A DNA stretch of 64,000 nt from NCBI GenBank assembly GCA_963666055.2, contig CAXWPH010000015.1, forward strand, positions 1,568,001 through 1,632,000, written 5' to 3'. A program made the translations under genes and the position numbers. Every line of letters starts with the position of its first letter. The first letter of the stretch is position 1. Shown in pieces: positions 9,845 through 22,115 of the stretch. Source of the stretch: Acidobacteriota bacterium (GTDB lineage Bacteria > Acidobacteriota > UBA890 > WLXD01). The notes beneath the pieces were generated by a model. The model made no database searches. It was not told the DNA's origin and saw nothing but the letters and a program-made list of their open reading frames with translations.

Positions 9845-11257
9845 ATGCCTCGTTGGAAAATACTCGCCGGGTTGCTTATTGCCGTGATGCTGTCGACAAC
9901 AGCCGCAGTTCCGGCGTTCTCCGGTCAGCAGCCCGAGCGCTATCAGCGGCTGGCCACCGATATCCTCCGTGAGATGGTCGAGTTCCGCTCCGCCGCGGCG
10001 TCTCCGGATGAGACCGCGGCGTTGCTCGAGGCGGCCATGGGACGGCTCGCTGCGGCCGGTTTCGACGTCGACGACATGACATTGGTGCGCAGCCCCGGCG
10101 ACATTCCGAACCTGGTGGTGCGCTATGCGGGCACCGGCGCCCGCCGTCCGGTGATGCTCATGGCTCACGTCGACGTCGTCGATGCCGAGCCCGACGCTTG
10201 GCGGCTCCATCCGTTCGCCTTCCTCGAGCAGGACGGCTACTACTACGGTCGAGGAACGAGCGACAACAAGGCCGGTGCGACGACCCTGGTGACCAACTTC
10301 ATCCGGCTGCGCGAAGAGGGCTACGAGCCCGACCGCGACCTGATCATGGTGCTTACCGGCGATGAGGAGACCACCGGCGGTGGTATCAACCACCTAGTCA
10401 ACGAACGCCGGGACCTCGTGGAGGCGGAGCTCGCCCTGAACACCGATTCCGGTGGCGGCGTGTACGACCCCAACGGCGAGCCACAGATGTTCAAGGTGCA
10501 GACGAGCGAGAAGCTGTACCAGAGCTATGAGCTCGAGACCTCGAACCCGGGTGGGCACAGTTCGTTGCCGCGTCCCGACAACGCCATCTACCGCCTGGCC
10601 AAGGCACTGGGCCGCATCGAGACCCACGACTTCCCGATCGAGCTCAACGATGGCACCCGCCTCTTCTTCCAGCGCTCTGCAGCGTTCGAGCATGGGGCGA
10701 CTTCCGATCTGATGCGTATCGTTGCCGGTGAGTCGCCGGACGAGGACGCGGCGCGCCGGTTGGCGGCGGTCAGCCCTCTGTTCAACGCCACGCTGCGTAC
10801 GACGTGTGTGGCCACGATGCTGAGCGGCGGGCACGCCGAGAACGCCCTGCCGCGCGCCGCCAAGGCGACGGTGAACTGCCGCATCCTCCCGGAGCACACG
10901 CCGGAGGCCACCGAGGCGGTGTTGCGGGAGGTCATCGCCGATGAGGGTGTGTCGATTCGGCCGACCGGGGTAGCGACGCCGAGTGAGCCGTCTCCCTGGG
11001 ACGCGCAGCTGATGGAGCCGATCGAAGAGCTCGTGCAGCAAATGTGGCCGGGAACACCGGTGATTCCGAACATGGGGACCGGGGCCACCGACGGGCTGTA
11101 CGTTCGCAACGCCGGTATTCCGGTGTACGCGATCGGGGCGATCTTCGCTGATCCAGGGGACGTTCGCGCCCATGGCCTCGACGAGCGCGTCGGAGTGAAG
11201 GAGTTCCACGACGCCGTCGAGTTCTGGTACCGGATGCTGAAGACGGTCAGTAGCTGA
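9845..11257 (+). CDS. M20/M25/M40 family metallopeptidase, exported
   Basis: AHVDVV, GRGTSDNK, GDEE, GGHSS, GATDG, HGLDE; RBS before MPRWKIL signal peptide. Confidence 0.9.
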   Translation: MPRWKILAGLLIAVMLSTTAAVPAFSGQQPERYQRLATDILREMVEFRSAAASPDETAALLEAAMGRLAAAGFDVDDMTLVRSPGDIPNLVVRYAGTGARRPVMLMAHVDVVDAEPDAWRLHPFAFLEQDGYYYGRGTSDNKAGATTLVTNFIRLREEGYEPDRDLIMVLTGDEETTGGGINHLVNERRDLVEAELALNTDSGGGVYDPNGEPQMFKVQTSEKLYQSYELETSNPGGHSSLPRPDNAIYRLAKALGRIETHDFPIELNDGTRLFFQRSAAFEHGATSDLMRIVAGESPDEDAARRLAAVSPLFNATLRTTCVATMLSGGHAENALPRAAKATVNCRILPEHTPEATEAVLREVIADEGVSIRPTGVATPSEPSPWDAQLMEPIEELVQQMWPGTPVIPNMGTGATDGLYVRNAGIPVYAIGAIFADPGDVRAHGLDERVGVKEFHDAVEFWYRMLKTVSS

Positions 11258-11286
11258 GCGGCGGCGCGTCGAATGCGTCGCCGGGA

Positions 11287-11437
11287 GCCCTCATCCGACG
11301 CTTCCAGGCTCCAGGTCATGCTGCCGCTGACCGCCAGGGTCTGCAGTGGTCCGAGTCCGCCGACCATGCGAAGAGTGGCTCCGGGTGCGCCGCGGAATCT
11401 GCATGTGCACCGCGTTGTCGCCGTCATCGAACCGCTC
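11287..11437 (-). pseudogene. Frameshifted internal fragment of an SRPBCC/START-like protein gene
   Basis: ERFDDGDNAVHMQI / frameshift / APGATLRMVGGLGPLQTLAVSGSMTWSLEASDEG; recognised from memory of the family only. Confidence 0.45.
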
Positions 11438-11452
11438 TCAGCCAGTGCTGGC

Positions 11453-14151
<2,699 letters not shown>

Positions 14152-14155
<4 letters not shown>

Positions 14156-14514
14156 TGCGTCTCCGGCACCGAGACCAGTAGATCAACGTCGGCCCGGCGG
14201 ACCAGATCGGCCAGGCGCCGAGCCTCCGCGGTGGCCACTTCGTTGCCGGCCGCGGTCAGCCGATAGTACCGGCGACGCGCGTCTTCCCCCTCATCGACGG
14301 CGTCTGTGTGCTCGATTAACCCCTGCGCGCGTAGCTCCTTGAGCGTCCGGTAGAGGGTGCCAGGGCCGAGGATCGCCTGCTGTCCGACGTGCTCGTTGGC
14401 CCGCAGCATGATTCCGTAGCCGTGCAGCGGCGCCTCCCGAAGCACCACCAGGATGCTGAACACGACGGGCCGGAGCGGCAAGTGTGCTTCGGGGTCGAAT
14501 ATCGTTCGCGGCAT
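14152..14514 (-). CDS. PadR family transcriptional regulator
   Basis: LHGYGIM, LGPGTLYRTLKEL, RRRYYRLT; overlaps the permease start. Confidence 0.9.
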
Positions 14515-14558
14515 GGCGTAACCGTGGCGCTCGAGGGGAAAGTCTTCGCATTCGACTA

Positions 14559-14578
14559 TATCCATTACAGAATGGATA
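14559..14578. promoter_or_regulatory. Putative PadR operator
   Basis: Perfect AT-rich palindrome TATCCATT-acag-AATGGATA about 45 bp upstream of padR. Confidence 0.6.
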
Positions 14579-14720
14579 AGCAACGCGCTCGCGTCCCTCG
14601 CGGATGGAAGGGCTCAAGTTGCCGCGCTGGGGCGCCCGGGGCTGCTGGCGCGAGACTCGCGGGTGACCGGTAGACTACTGGCGCTCGTATTGTCCGCACC
14701 CCAGACTTCGAGGTAACTGC

Positions 14721-15491
14721 ATGCGCTGGCTTCGCTCCCTGTGGATGTTGTCGTTGTTGGCGATCCCGGTCGCTTGCGGCGGGACCGAGCCTGCCGCTGA
14801 GGACGCAACTCCCAGCGTCGAGCCGCCGGCGACGGTCGAGTCACCTTCGGTCGAGCTACCAGCGGCGCCGCCCGCTACCGAGCCGGAGCCGGAGCCGACA
14901 CCGACCGTTCTGCCGCCGCTGCTGAACCCGGCGCACCCCGACGCCAACGCCACGGCCCCGGCACAGTACCGGGTCGTTCTCGACACCACCAAGGGCGACA
15001 TCGTGCTGCAGATCTATCGCGATTGGGCGCCGCGGGGCGCCGACCGTTTCTACAACCTCGTGCGCACTGGATTCTTCACCGACGTGCGGTTCTTCCGGGT
15101 CGTCGAGGGGTTTGTAGCGCAGTTCGGAATGAACGGCGATCCTGAGGTCAACGCCGCCTGGGACGCGGCCGAGATGCCGGACGATCCGAGCATCGGCGAG
15201 ACCAATTCGCGCGGCCGCATAACGTTCGCGCACGCCGGGCCGAACACCCGCACGACGCAGCTGTTCCTGAGCATCGGCAACAACGCGTTTCTCGACCGAC
15301 AGGGCTTCCCGCCGTTTGGCGAGATCGTCGAGGGCCTCGGTGTGCTGGACAGCCTCCATAGGGGGTACGGCGAGGGGCCCCCGTCAGGTAGTGGACCCGA
15401 CCAGGGGCGGATTGGTGCGCAGGGTAACCGGTACCTGGAACGCGAGTTCCCGATGCTCGACTATGTGCGTCGTGCGCGCTTGCTCGAGTAG
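14721..15491 (+). CDS. Cyclophilin-type peptidyl-prolyl isomerase, lipoprotein
   Basis: Lipobox-like PVAC, Pro/Glu linker, FFRVVEGFVAQFG, NTRTTQLF. Confidence 0.88.
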   Translation: MRWLRSLWMLSLLAIPVACGGTEPAAEDATPSVEPPATVESPSVELPAAPPATEPEPEPTPTVLPPLLNPAHPDANATAPAQYRVVLDTTKGDIVLQIYRDWAPRGADRFYNLVRTGFFTDVRFFRVVEGFVAQFGMNGDPEVNAAWDAAEMPDDPSIGETNSRGRITFAHAGPNTRTTQLFLSIGNNAFLDRQGFPPFGEIVEGLGVLDSLHRGYGEGPPSGSGPDQGRIGAQGNRYLEREFPMLDYVRRARLLE

Positions 15492-15581
15492 CTGGGCCTG
15501 TCGGGTGCGTGTCCACCGGAGTGTCGAGCCACATCCAAGACAGCACATTAGCGACCAGACCCCCGACGTCGGCCGATCAAC

Positions 15582-17351
15582 GTGACGTTCGAGATCGGCA
15601 TCCTACTGGTTCTTCTCGTCGGTGCCATGGTGGTTTTCTCGATGGAGTGGCTGCCGATCGATGTGGTTGCCATCAGCCTGGTCGTGGCGCTGGTGCTGCT
15701 GGGTATCCTCACGCCGGCCGAGGCGTTCGCCGGTTTTGCCAGCGACGTGATCATGGTGCTGTGCGCGATCTTCGTCCTGTCGGGCACCCTGGTTCGCACC
15801 GGGGTGATGGAGGAGGTCGGCCGCTGGCTGCACCGCCTGGCGGGCAACAGCGAGCGCCGCGTGGTGGCGGCGGTGATGACGCTCTCGGCTGGTATGTCGA
15901 GCTTTCTCAGCAACACGAACTCGACTGCCGTGCTGACCCCGGCGGTTATCGAGTTCTCGCGCCATAGTCAGCTCAGCCCGAGCCGGTTTCTCATTCCGCT
16001 GGCCTACGCGTCAATGCTCGGTGGGGCGTCCACGCTCATCGGCACCTCTGCCAACCTTGCCGCCAGTGGCTTCATGGAGCGCGCCGGTCTCGAGCCACTG
16101 AGCATGTTCGAGCTCTTGCCGGTAGGGGCGGCGATGAGCGTTGTCGGGATCGCCTACATGGTCCTCTTCGGCTACCGCCTGTTGCCAAAGACGGCGAAGC
16201 CATCGCTGAGCGAGGAGTACGACCTCGGGCGCTACCTGTCTGAGGTGGTGCTCGATACCGAGTGCGAGTTCCTCGGCAGCGACTTGATAGCGCTCGATCT
16301 TGCAGATCGGGGCGTGTACGTGTTGGCGGTGCGACGAGCCGGGACGCGGCTACTACCACGTCGTGCCGGCGTCTTACGTGCCGGCGACGTCATGGTGATC
16401 GAGGCAGATCGCCAGGCGTTGCTCGATCTGGAGGCCATGCCAGGGCTGGACTTCCAACGCCCGACGCCGCTGGTCGACGAAGATCTGGAAGGTGACGCGG
16501 TGGAGTTGGTGGAGGCGATCGTGATGCCGGGGTCGTTGTTCTTGGGTCGAACGTTGCGTGATATCGGTCTACGTAACCGCTATGGCACCTCGGTTCTGGC
16601 GATCCATCGTCGCGGAGTGCCGTACGCCATCGGACTGCGCGATTTACGTCTCGCGGTCGGCGACATCATGTTGGTGCGCGGTGGTCCCCAACAGCTGGGT
16701 CTGCTCGAGGCCACCGGCGACCTGCGTCTGATCGGCGAAGTGGCCCACGAGCCTGCTGCGCGACGCAAGGGGCTCATTGTGCTCGGGGCACTCCTGGGTG
16801 CGGTGCTGGCGGGAAGCACCGGGATCATGCCCCTGTCGATCAGCTTTCTACTTGCCGTGTTGGTAGTCGTGTTGTCTCGGTGCGTGGCCGTCGACGAGAT
16901 GTACGCGATGATCGACTGGCGGGTCATCGTGCTCATCGGCGGCATGACGTCGTTCGGGGTGGCGCTTCAGAAGACCGGAGCGGCCGACTGGTTGGCGCGG
17001 TTGTTGGCGGATGCGGTGCTGCCGTTCGGCACCTACGCAGTGATGGCCGTTTTCATTGCCCTGACGATGGTGCTTACGCAACCGCTGTCGAATGCCGCCG
17101 CGGCCCTCGTAGTGCTGCCGGTAGCGCTGTCGGTGGCGGCGCGCATCGGCGTCGACCCCCGCGCCCTGGCGATTCTCGTGACCCTTGCGGCGTCGCTATC
17201 GTTCATTGCCCCATTCGAGCCCGCGTGCCTGCTGGTGTATTCGCCGGGCAGGTATCGCTTTCGAGATTTCATCGTGGCTGGCGTGCCGCTGAGCCTTCTC
17301 GCCGTGGGCGTGCTGTTGCTTCTCGTGCCGGTCTTCTGGCCGCTCGGCTGA
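15582..17351 (+). CDS. SLC13/CitT-family permease with two TrkA-C domains
   Basis: SSFLSNT, LGGASTLIGTSANL, central TrkA_C repeats, LSNAAAA, PGRYRFRDF. Confidence 0.88.
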   Translation: MTFEIGILLVLLVGAMVVFSMEWLPIDVVAISLVVALVLLGILTPAEAFAGFASDVIMVLCAIFVLSGTLVRTGVMEEVGRWLHRLAGNSERRVVAAVMTLSAGMSSFLSNTNSTAVLTPAVIEFSRHSQLSPSRFLIPLAYASMLGGASTLIGTSANLAASGFMERAGLEPLSMFELLPVGAAMSVVGIAYMVLFGYRLLPKTAKPSLSEEYDLGRYLSEVVLDTECEFLGSDLIALDLADRGVYVLAVRRAGTRLLPRRAGVLRAGDVMVIEADRQALLDLEAMPGLDFQRPTPLVDEDLEGDAVELVEAIVMPGSLFLGRTLRDIGLRNRYGTSVLAIHRRGVPYAIGLRDLRLAVGDIMLVRGGPQQLGLLEATGDLRLIGEVAHEPAARRKGLIVLGALLGAVLAGSTGIMPLSISFLLAVLVVVLSRCVAVDEMYAMIDWRVIVLIGGMTSFGVALQKTGAADWLARLLADAVLPFGTYAVMAVFIALTMVLTQPLSNAAAALVVLPVALSVAARIGVDPRALAILVTLAASLSFIAPFEPACLLVYSPGRYRFRDFIVAGVPLSLLAVGVLLLLVPVFWPLG

Positions 17352-17470
17352 GCCGGCCGCCGAGCGAAGTTCGCATTTGCCGAAGAAACCCTCGCCTTTC
17401 GCTATCGATGCAGCATCGCATCAGGGGACGGGCGCGTTTCCGACGAACGGCCCGGCATCGGAGAGTCGAA

Positions 17471-17794
17471 GTGAGAGGAAAGCATCTGGGCGAGCTCGAG
17501 GAGTTGGTGTTGCTGGCGGTACTCGGACTCGGCCGCCAGGCGTATGGCGTCGGGGTACAACAGCAGATCGAGCAGCGCACTGGCCGTAACGTGACGATTG
17601 GTGCGGTCTACTCGGCGCTCGACCGCCTGGAGCGCAAGGGGTACCTGCGCTCGCGCGTCGGGTCTCCTGGAACGGACCGCGGTGGCCGTCGTAAGCGGTT
17701 GTTCGCCATCCGACAGGCCGGCCGCGCGTCGCTAGAGCAGGTGCGCGCCGACCGCGCGGCGATGTGGCAGGCTGCCGAGCCGCACGATGCGTGA
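17471..17794 (+). CDS. PadR family transcriptional regulator
   Basis: GTG start; HLGELEELVLLAV, AYGV, GAVYSALDRLERKG, RGGRRKR. Confidence 0.9.
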   Translation: MRGKHLGELEELVLLAVLGLGRQAYGVGVQQQIEQRTGRNVTIGAVYSALDRLERKGYLRSRVGSPGTDRGGRRKRLFAIRQAGRASLEQVRADRAAMWQAAEPHDA

Positions 17795-20633
17795 CCCGCA
17801 GCCGTCGCCACCGGCAACTGCCTCTTGGTTGCTGCGCCGGCTGTGCCGCCCGCGCTATCGGGATTTGGTGGAAGGCGATGTCCTGGAGCTCTTCGAGCTC
17901 CGGTTGCACAGCCATGGCCGATGGCGGGCCGCTGTGAGGTACTGGATCGATGTGTTGAGCCTGGCGCGAAGCCCATACGGACGTGGCCGGCCAGACGATC
18001 GAAACGCCCCGGACCAGGGGCGGCTAACGGAGTGGATCATGAATCTTCTGCAGGACATACGACAGGCGGTGCGCGCGCTGGTCAAAGCGCCGGCGTTCAG
18101 CGGCGTGGTGGTGATAACCCTGGGGCTGGCGGTCGGTGCCAACAGCGCGATCTTCAGCGTTGTCGATGCGGTGTTGTTGCGGCCGCTGCCGTATGACCAG
18201 CCCGAGACCATCGTGGTGATCAACGAGCGCGGCGGCGGTGAGCTCGAGGGACTCACGCGCTCCGGTGCATCACAGAACCTTTTTCTCGAGTGGCGCTCCG
18301 ACAGCCGCGCGTTCGAACAGATGGCGATGTACTCACAGCAAGAGGCCACCATCACTAGCTTCGAGGAGCCCGTTCGGCTGAACGGGCTCGCGGCGTCGCC
18401 GGCGCTGTTCACATTGCTGCGCGTCGACGCCGCGATCGGCCGGACGTTTACCCCCGACGAGGAGGAGCCCGGGCAGGACGATGTCATCGTCCTCGGACAC
18501 AGCGCCTGGCAGCGATACTTCGGTGGCGATCCGGGCGTCGTTGGCACCCAGCTACACCTCGATGATCGCAGTCGGACCGTGGTGGGCATCACCCCACCAG
18601 GGTTCCAGTTTCCGGACGCCTCCATCGAATACTACGTGCCCATGTTGGCGTCGCTCCCCGATTCGATCGGGGGTGCCGAGGAAGCAGCGCGATCGGGAGC
18701 CTCGGTGCGCAGAGAGAGTACCGTCCGCCAGGGCGGTGCAGGTGGTCCAGGTAGTCCAGGTGCACCGCCGGGTGGCTCCGGGCCAGCTGGCGGTGGCGGG
18801 CAAGGCGGTGATGACGGTGAGGAGAGTGAGGACCGGATCGAGCTCTGGGCTCGGGTGGTGGCACGGCTGAACCCTGCGGTTACGCTCGAGATGGCCTCCG
18901 AGGAGGGCACGGCGCTGGTCCGAGGACTGCGTCAAGAAGACGTTGCTACCCTCGGTGATCGCAGGGCGGAAGTGATCTCGATGCAGGAGGACGTGGTCGG
19001 CTCGGTGCGGCGGTCGTTGCTGACCCTGATGGGCGCCGTCGGCTTCGTCTTGCTTATCGCCTGTGCCAACGTCGCCAACTTGGTGACGGCGCGCTCGGTG
19101 GAACGGCGCAAGGAGATCGCGGTGCGGGCGGCCCTGGGCGCCGACAAGTGGAAGCTGTCGCGTTACCTGTTCCTCGAGAGCCTGTTGCTGGCGCTTGCCG
19201 GCGGGGTGGTGGGTTTGGGGCTGGCCTTCGGCGGCCTACGGCTACTGGCGGCCTTGAGCCCCGACTTCATCCCGCGGCTCGAGGGGGTGAGTATCGACGT
19301 CCGCGTGCTCGGATTCACGCTCTTCGTGGCGGCGGTCACCGCAGTGCTGTTCAGCTTGATGCCGGCACGCGGCGCCTCGCGGCTCGATCTCACACGTGCC
19401 TTGAAGGAGGAGTTCAGCACGGCCGGGCTAGGCCGCAACGCGCTGCGCAAGCTGTTGGTGACGGTCGAGGTTGCGTTGTCGGTGGTCTTGCTGGTCGGTG
19501 CCGGCTTGCTGATGGCGAGCTTCATACGGCTGGCCAGCGTCGATCCTGGCTACGATCCCAACAACTTGCTGCACTTGCACATCAGCCTGCCCGCCAACGC
19601 CTACGCTGACGCTGCGTCACACCTGAACTACTACGATGATCTGGTGCGGCGCCTGGAGAGCATGCCGGGAGTTCTGTCGGCAACCGTCGCCAGCCAGCCT
19701 CCTTATCTGCCGGCGAATATCCGCGTGGCGATTTCGACGCAACGCGGTGATGCCCCCCCGTCGCCTGAGCAGCGCCCGACACCGGTGGGTGTGCGCATTG
19801 TCGAGAACGCCTATTTCGAGACGCTGCGTGCCGCTCCCACGGCGGGCCGGCTCATCAACCGCGATGATCGGCCGGAGACGCTGGCGGTGGCTGTTCTGAG
19901 CCGCTCCGGCGCGCAAGCGATGTTCGGCGACCGCGACCCGGTGGGGAAGAAGATGCCCTTTATCGGCGGACAGGAGCTCGAGATCGTTGGCGTCGTTGAC
20001 GACGTCCGCACCGCTGGTGTCGATCCGACACCGCAGGCCGACATTTTTCTGCCGTATCGTCAGGCGCCCGAGCGAATGGTGCCGAGGCTATTCAGCACGG
20101 CGCACGTGCTGATTCGTACCGGACCCGCTCCATTGAGCGTTCTACCGGCGGTGCGCACGGCACTGCGGCAGTCGGAGGGTGGGTTGCTCGTGCTCAGTGC
20201 CGCCACTATCCGCGACCGGCTGTCCGATTCGGTTGCCGAGCCGCGCTTCTATGCGAGCCTCGTCGGTGCCTTCGCGCTGCTGGCGTTGTCGCTGGCTGCC
20301 ATCGGGATCTACGGCATGCTGTCGTACTCGGTACAGCAGGGGGTGCGCGACACAGCGATTCGGCGTGCTCTCGGCGCACCGGTGGGCGGCATCCTGCGCC
20401 GGGTCCTGGGTGAGGGTATGGGTCTGGCGGTCGTCGGCCTGGTGCTCGGCATCACCGCGGCGCTGACCTTGACGCGCCTGCTGGAGTCGATGCTGTACGA
20501 GGTCGAGCCCACGGATCCGTCAGCGCTGACCGTTGTGACGCTGGTTTTTCTGGCCGTGGCACTATTGGCAGTGTGGATCCCGGCTCGCCGGGCCACGCGC
20601 ATCGACCCGATGGACGTGCTGCGCTACGAGTAG
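17787..20633 (+). CDS. ABC transporter permease, ADOP-like
   Basis: PPATASWLL prefix, LAVGANSAIFSVV, IACANVANL, EIAVRAALGA, PARRATRIDP. Confidence 0.92.
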   Translation: MRDPQPSPPATASWLLRRLCRPRYRDLVEGDVLELFELRLHSHGRWRAAVRYWIDVLSLARSPYGRGRPDDRNAPDQGRLTEWIMNLLQDIRQAVRALVKAPAFSGVVVITLGLAVGANSAIFSVVDAVLLRPLPYDQPETIVVINERGGGELEGLTRSGASQNLFLEWRSDSRAFEQMAMYSQQEATITSFEEPVRLNGLAASPALFTLLRVDAAIGRTFTPDEEEPGQDDVIVLGHSAWQRYFGGDPGVVGTQLHLDDRSRTVVGITPPGFQFPDASIEYYVPMLASLPDSIGGAEEAARSGASVRRESTVRQGGAGGPGSPGAPPGGSGPAGGGGQGGDDGEESEDRIELWARVVARLNPAVTLEMASEEGTALVRGLRQEDVATLGDRRAEVISMQEDVVGSVRRSLLTLMGAVGFVLLIACANVANLVTARSVERRKEIAVRAALGADKWKLSRYLFLESLLLALAGGVVGLGLAFGGLRLLAALSPDFIPRLEGVSIDVRVLGFTLFVAAVTAVLFSLMPARGASRLDLTRALKEEFSTAGLGRNALRKLLVTVEVALSVVLLVGAGLLMASFIRLASVDPGYDPNNLLHLHISLPANAYADAASHLNYYDDLVRRLESMPGVLSATVASQPPYLPANIRVAISTQRGDAPPSPEQRPTPVGVRIVENAYFETLRAAPTAGRLINRDDRPETLAVAVLSRSGAQAMFGDRDPVGKKMPFIGGQELEIVGVVDDVRTAGVDPTPQADIFLPYRQAPERMVPRLFSTAHVLIRTGPAPLSVLPAVRTALRQSEGGLLVLSAATIRDRLSDSVAEPRFYASLVGAFALLALSLAAIGIYGMLSYSVQQGVRDTAIRRALGAPVGGILRRVLGEGMGLAVVGLVLGITAALTLTRLLESMLYEVEPTDPSALTVVTLVFLAVALLAVWIPARRATRIDPMDVLRYE

Positions 20634-20652
20634 TCGCCGCGGCGCGCCCGGA

Positions 20653-20678
20653 ACCACGCTTTCACCAAAGCCTGCTAG
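20653..20678. repeat. Solo terminal inverted repeat of the MITE-like family
   Basis: accacgctttcaccaaagcctgctag vs accacactttcaccacggcctgctag (26051-26076). Confidence 0.65.
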
Positions 20679-21220
20679 AACCCGATCGTGATGCCGGCGG
20701 TCACCATCTGCAGGTCCTGGAGAAAATCGACCCGGAAGCGTTCGTACTCGGCTCGCAGCGAGAACGTACCCAATCGCAGCGCTGCGCCGGCGCCGTATAC
20801 GAAGTCGGTACCCTTCGTCTCCGTGATGTCACCCGCGATGCCGGTTTCATGCTTCCATCGGAACCAGCCGCCGCGGCCGAAGATCTCAAAAGGGCCGGCC
20901 GGAAGGATCAGCAGCATCGATCCCTGGAAGCCGGTCGTGCGCGCCGTCAAGTCTGAGCCCGGGAAGCTGGCAGTGAGCTCGCGTAGCGAGCGGTAGTCTA
21001 TCTCGAAAGCTATGTATCGCGATCGATGGCCGGCGCCGGCCTTCCAGGCGATCGTCGTATCGTCGATCAGGTTGATCTCGTCGACGTCGAGCCGAATTAG
21101 GGCAGCGCCGATCGAGCCGGCGATGTACGAACCTTCGGCAGCAAGCCCTCCTTGCGCCAACGCCGGGCTAGTGCAGCCCAGCAGGACGACGAGTACACCG
21201 ATTCCGCACAGCCGTTTCAT
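20675..21220 (-). CDS. Outer-membrane beta-barrel protein (OmpA-TM/porin-like)
   Basis: Signal peptide, YGAGAALR, LRAEYERF, terminal Phe. Confidence 0.82.
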   Translation of the reverse strand: MKRLCGIGVLVVLLGCTSPALAQGGLAAEGSYIAGSIGAALIRLDVDEINLIDDTTIAWKAGAGHRSRYIAFEIDYRSLRELTASFPGSDLTARTTGFQGSMLLILPAGPFEIFGRGGWFRWKHETGIAGDITETKGTDFVYGAGAALRLGTFSLRAEYERFRVDFLQDLQMVTAGITIGF

Positions 21221-21331
21221 CGATACACCCACGATTCGTGGGGCGTGAACGTAGCCGGTGCGCAACCTGGCAGATGTTGCGACTGGCGCGGCGTGGCCCC
21301 CACACCACCTCCGCTCCACTAGCGTACTTCA

Positions 21332-21366
21332 GGCGCGGCCGCCGGATATCCGCCGGCGGCCGCGCC
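21332..21366. terminator. Perfect 14-bp GC hairpin, possible terminator or stabiliser
   Basis: ggcgcggccgccgg-atatccg-ccggcggccgcgcc just downstream of the methyltransferase stop; no U-tract. Confidence 0.4.
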
Positions 21367-21374
21367 GGTCTCCG

Positions 21375-22115
21375 TCAGCTCGCCGCTCTGCGGAACTTCA
21401 GCAGCATGCGATCCATCGAAGAACGGCTGTCCCAGTATGCTTGGGTGAAGTCGTCGCCGGGGTTGGCGAGCAGCTCGGAACGATCCACCAGCTCGAATCC
21501 GCGAGCCTCGATCTCGGCGATGACCAGCGCCTCCGATACACGGTGTGTGTCGCTGTCGATACCCTCGCCGGGCATGCGTGAATCGACCACGCCGAGTATG
21601 CCGCCAGGCTTCAGTGTTCGCAGCAGCTCGCTAAAGATGGGGTCGGGCTGCATTTCGTACTGTTCGGCGATCTCGGGGATGAGCATGTCGTGGACGTTGC
21701 GGACGACCACACACACATCGAGGCTGGCGTCGGGCACGTCGGCGAGGCTCTGGTGTATCTCGACGTTGTCGAGTCCGGCCGCGGCAAAGCGCTCGGCGAG
21801 CCGCGTGGCGCCGCCAGCATCGGTGCCGACGCTATGAACGCGCCCGCTGGTGCCGACCATAAGGGCCAGAACGTGGCTGTTGTAGCCGCCGCCGGGAACC
21901 AGGTCTGCCACCGTGCTTCCGGGTCCCACGCCGAGCCAAGCGAAGACCTCGAGAGGCTTACTGCCGGCGTCGCGTGCGCGGTTCTCGGCGGGCCGCGACG
22001 GGTCGCCCAACGGGTCGTGTTGAATCGCCGACACGGGTGCCACGGTGATGGCCAGCGCCAGCCCTAGAAGCAAAGCTGCGCTTTGTGCGGCAATGTTGCG
22101 ATGCAGGTAGAGCAT
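21375..22115 (-). CDS. Class I SAM-dependent methyltransferase-like protein with signal peptide
   Basis: VADLVPGGGY, RNVHD, LKPGGILGVVD, GFELV..SELLANP.DD. Confidence 0.8.
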   Translation of the reverse strand: MLYLHRNIAAQSAALLLGLALAITVAPVSAIQHDPLGDPSRPAENRARDAGSKPLEVFAWLGVGPGSTVADLVPGGGYNSHVLALMVGTSGRVHSVGTDAGGATRLAERFAAAGLDNVEIHQSLADVPDASLDVCVVVRNVHDMLIPEIAEQYEMQPDPIFSELLRTLKPGGILGVVDSRMPGEGIDSDTHRVSEALVIAEIEARGFELVDRSELLANPGDDFTQAYWDSRSSMDRMLLKFRRAAS

